This document shows positions 61,620-64,000 of a stretch of 64,000 bases of DNA, in pieces; position 1 is the first letter of the stretch, and each line of letters starts with the position of its first letter. Under the pieces are notes generated by a model. That model searched no databases. It was given only the letters and a program-made list of their open reading frames with translations, and had not been told where the DNA came from. Made by a program: the position numbers and the translations under genes. The stretch covers positions 48,236,001-48,300,000 of the forward strand of contig CM060734.1 of the NCBI GenBank assembly GCA_030704615.1, in the 5' to 3' direction. This stretch comes from Takakia lepidozioides. Lineage: Eukaryota; Plantae; Bryophyta.

Positions 61620-64000
61620 CGTAAGCTTCCCGGCCACAATGCACGTTCGGGGCTTCCTTTTTACATCTGCGAATAGTAACCTCGAAGCGCCTGTAGGCAG
61701 CAGAAGCGCCGATAGATTATATGGTCAGAGAGCACTTCCGATGATGCGACAAACAACTAATCCGACACAACCGCCGATTTGGAAAGTGTGCAACAAGCCT
61801 GTCGCCGAGATGTCCCGCTGGGACTGGAGCGAAGAGGTTCTGCGAGAACACGTCTCGAAGCGAAAGAGAGTCAGTGTTCAGCTCCCGCATTTCTAGAGGA
61901 CGGAAACGAGCAATGCCACATGGGTCAGAAGTGTCTCGCTTGAATGCAGGGGCCAGAGGCCGCATGATAGGCAAGACAGTGAATCAGAAAGACACCCAGC
62001 TCAGCAAAAGTTGTGCCACCCTGGTTTCCTATTACAATGAGACTGTCTCCACTGTAGTGCGGCCAGGATCCCATTTCACAACTCCAAACTAAACCTCACA
62101 CCAATCATGTCACCGTCCCAATAAAACTACGTACCTTGGGCCCTCTCTCAAGCTGTCCAGATACTGTCACTTATTATTATGCCTTCCCCCCATTGAAAAC
62201 ATGTCATAACAAACGCCAAACAAGCTATATCTTCGTTTCTTCACCACGAGCTCCATGACAGCTTCATGGTGGGTCCCCTGCACTTTTCCTCCTGCAGGCA
62301 TGAACTGACTGGATGCGACAGGTGCTGTCATAACTGGCAGCACCTAATCAACCAGCACAAACACCCACACCCAGACAGTTAAGTAGGTACAGATTGTGAT
62401 ATCATACTAAAATGGGGCAAAGCCATTGAAAGTTTTCGCTCTTGATTTCTATCGGGAGAACAACCATCCATGCGATACGCTTAGCCCAACAATAAACTTC
62501 ACACATATACACATCCTCCGGGCCCACAAATATTTGACTACTGGTTGGCTCAACAAAAGCAGCTCACATCTCCGTTGTTCCCTCTGTCGATTATCGGCGG
62601 ATGACCGAATTGGCTGCTTATAGATTGCTATTTGCATTGAAATGATTCTGACCCTGGTCAACTTGTTTACTTTTGTCGCATGGCCAGCCTGGGTTGATCA
62701 GATCGGTGCCGAGGAGTCTGAGTTGGGTTCGTCAACATCCTCGAGCAAAGAATACAATACATACATTGATTGGGCACTTGCACTGACTTGTCATCAGGCA
62801 ATCTTATCGACGTCGCGCCAAACTTGGATGCTTGCTCCGTTGCACGCGTCAACAATTCTGCTTTACCTAGATTTTGGATCTAGCATAGAGATCCCCATTT
62901 CTTGGAGGGTGGGCTCCACATGTGAGCTCAGACCCTACAGATAGGTGGCAGTGTCCGCAACAAGAAGCGGCTTTGACTCAGCAAACACTCCCTTAAAAAA
63001 AACCGGGAAAGAAAAATCTGAGCAAATAGTTCAGGGAGATCGGATGGCTAGGTCTATGCGGGGGAGAAGGCATCTGGAAGAATAGTCTGAGGATAGTTGA
63101 GGGTAGACTGGCACATCATGTGTAGAATATAAAGTAAGGAGGGTGCAAGGCTGGCTTGGCTAGGTGCTCATGCTCATGAGGAGATGGATGGCGACTCGCG
63201 AGGCCCTTCTGGGTCCAACCAGGCATGCATTATATAAGCTCAAAGAGCTTATTAGACACAAGAAAGCAGGGTATAAACGTATGTACAATAAGCAAAGTGG
63301 GGTCCTCCAGAAAGCAGCACAAATTCGCGAGATTCTCTAAGATGGATCGGAACTGAGCCTGATGCGCACATATACCGCCAAGCAATTCTGATACTGCTAA
63401 TGTAAGAAATCAGTAAGGGGGTGGATAGGCAACAGTATCGTCCCGGATCTGTAGGACGGAATGTCCTTCATTCTCTCTCCACTCTGCAATCTCTATCGTA
63501 AGCAGTCAGCGTCGTCCCATCTACCACATCTGTACTCGGGTTGTGTCAGCCAACACTGAAAGAATGGGCGAACATTCATTGTGGTTTCTGGATTTGTTCG
63601 ACTCTCATGTTTTCTTCCATTTTGTCCCATAAGCTCTATGAGCTTTCCGCGGACGTTATAAAGCACCATTTCATTTCATTTCCATGTGCAGCACCTGTGC
63701 CTGTCCTCGACATGATCATTGGCATGGCTCTGACGCGGTGGAATGGGTGCTTCAATGTGCTGCTGTAGCCACAACCCCAGCTCAGGCCCATGCAGCTCAC
63801 TGCCCCATGAAATGCAGGATGTTGGGATGGGCCCTTGTGATCTGGTTGGATCAAATTTTTTTGGAGTTCACTGCGATGTCATATATCCTGTACGAGGTAA
63901 TGTTCCTGCCCAAGCATTTGAGAATTCTTGCTGATGTCCAGAACGGGACTGGTCCAGATGGAAGTATCCAAATCTCCTTTCCTACTGAGGAACTCTCTCC

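Noticed and set aside
61348-61896. 182-aa plus-strand ORF
   Set aside because: Antisense shadow of SRF exon 1 and its 5' region.
62000-64000. Genes upstream of SRF
   Set aside because: Only short motif-less ORFs; treated as intergenic or promoter sequence.

Overview
Eukaryotic land-plant nuclear DNA, probably a bryophyte or other non-seed plant (inferred from gene and repeat style; the species cannot be determined). The first ~45 kb is a nest of degraded transposons. It holds a 3.5-kb solo LTR splitting a PPR pseudogene, nested CACTA elements, a Ty3/gypsy integrase split into oppositely oriented halves, two L1-type LINEs, Helitron, hAT and MITE elements, tRNA-derived SINEs, a block of unassignable coding remnants at 17.9-24.8 kb, and one intact-looking MKP1-like phosphatase ORF. 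The last ~18 kb holds three spliced genes reconstructed exon by exon: an FAD-dependent oxidoreductase (-), an AT5G57345-like membrane protein (+) starting only ~300 bp away head-to-head, and a 16-exon STRUBBELIG-family LRR receptor kinase (-). The most striking element is a young 364-bp TRIM retrotransposon in intron 6 of the kinase. Each of its two LTRs carries a complete tRNA-like Pol III unit: TATA-like motif, A box, B box, cloverleaf and T4 run.
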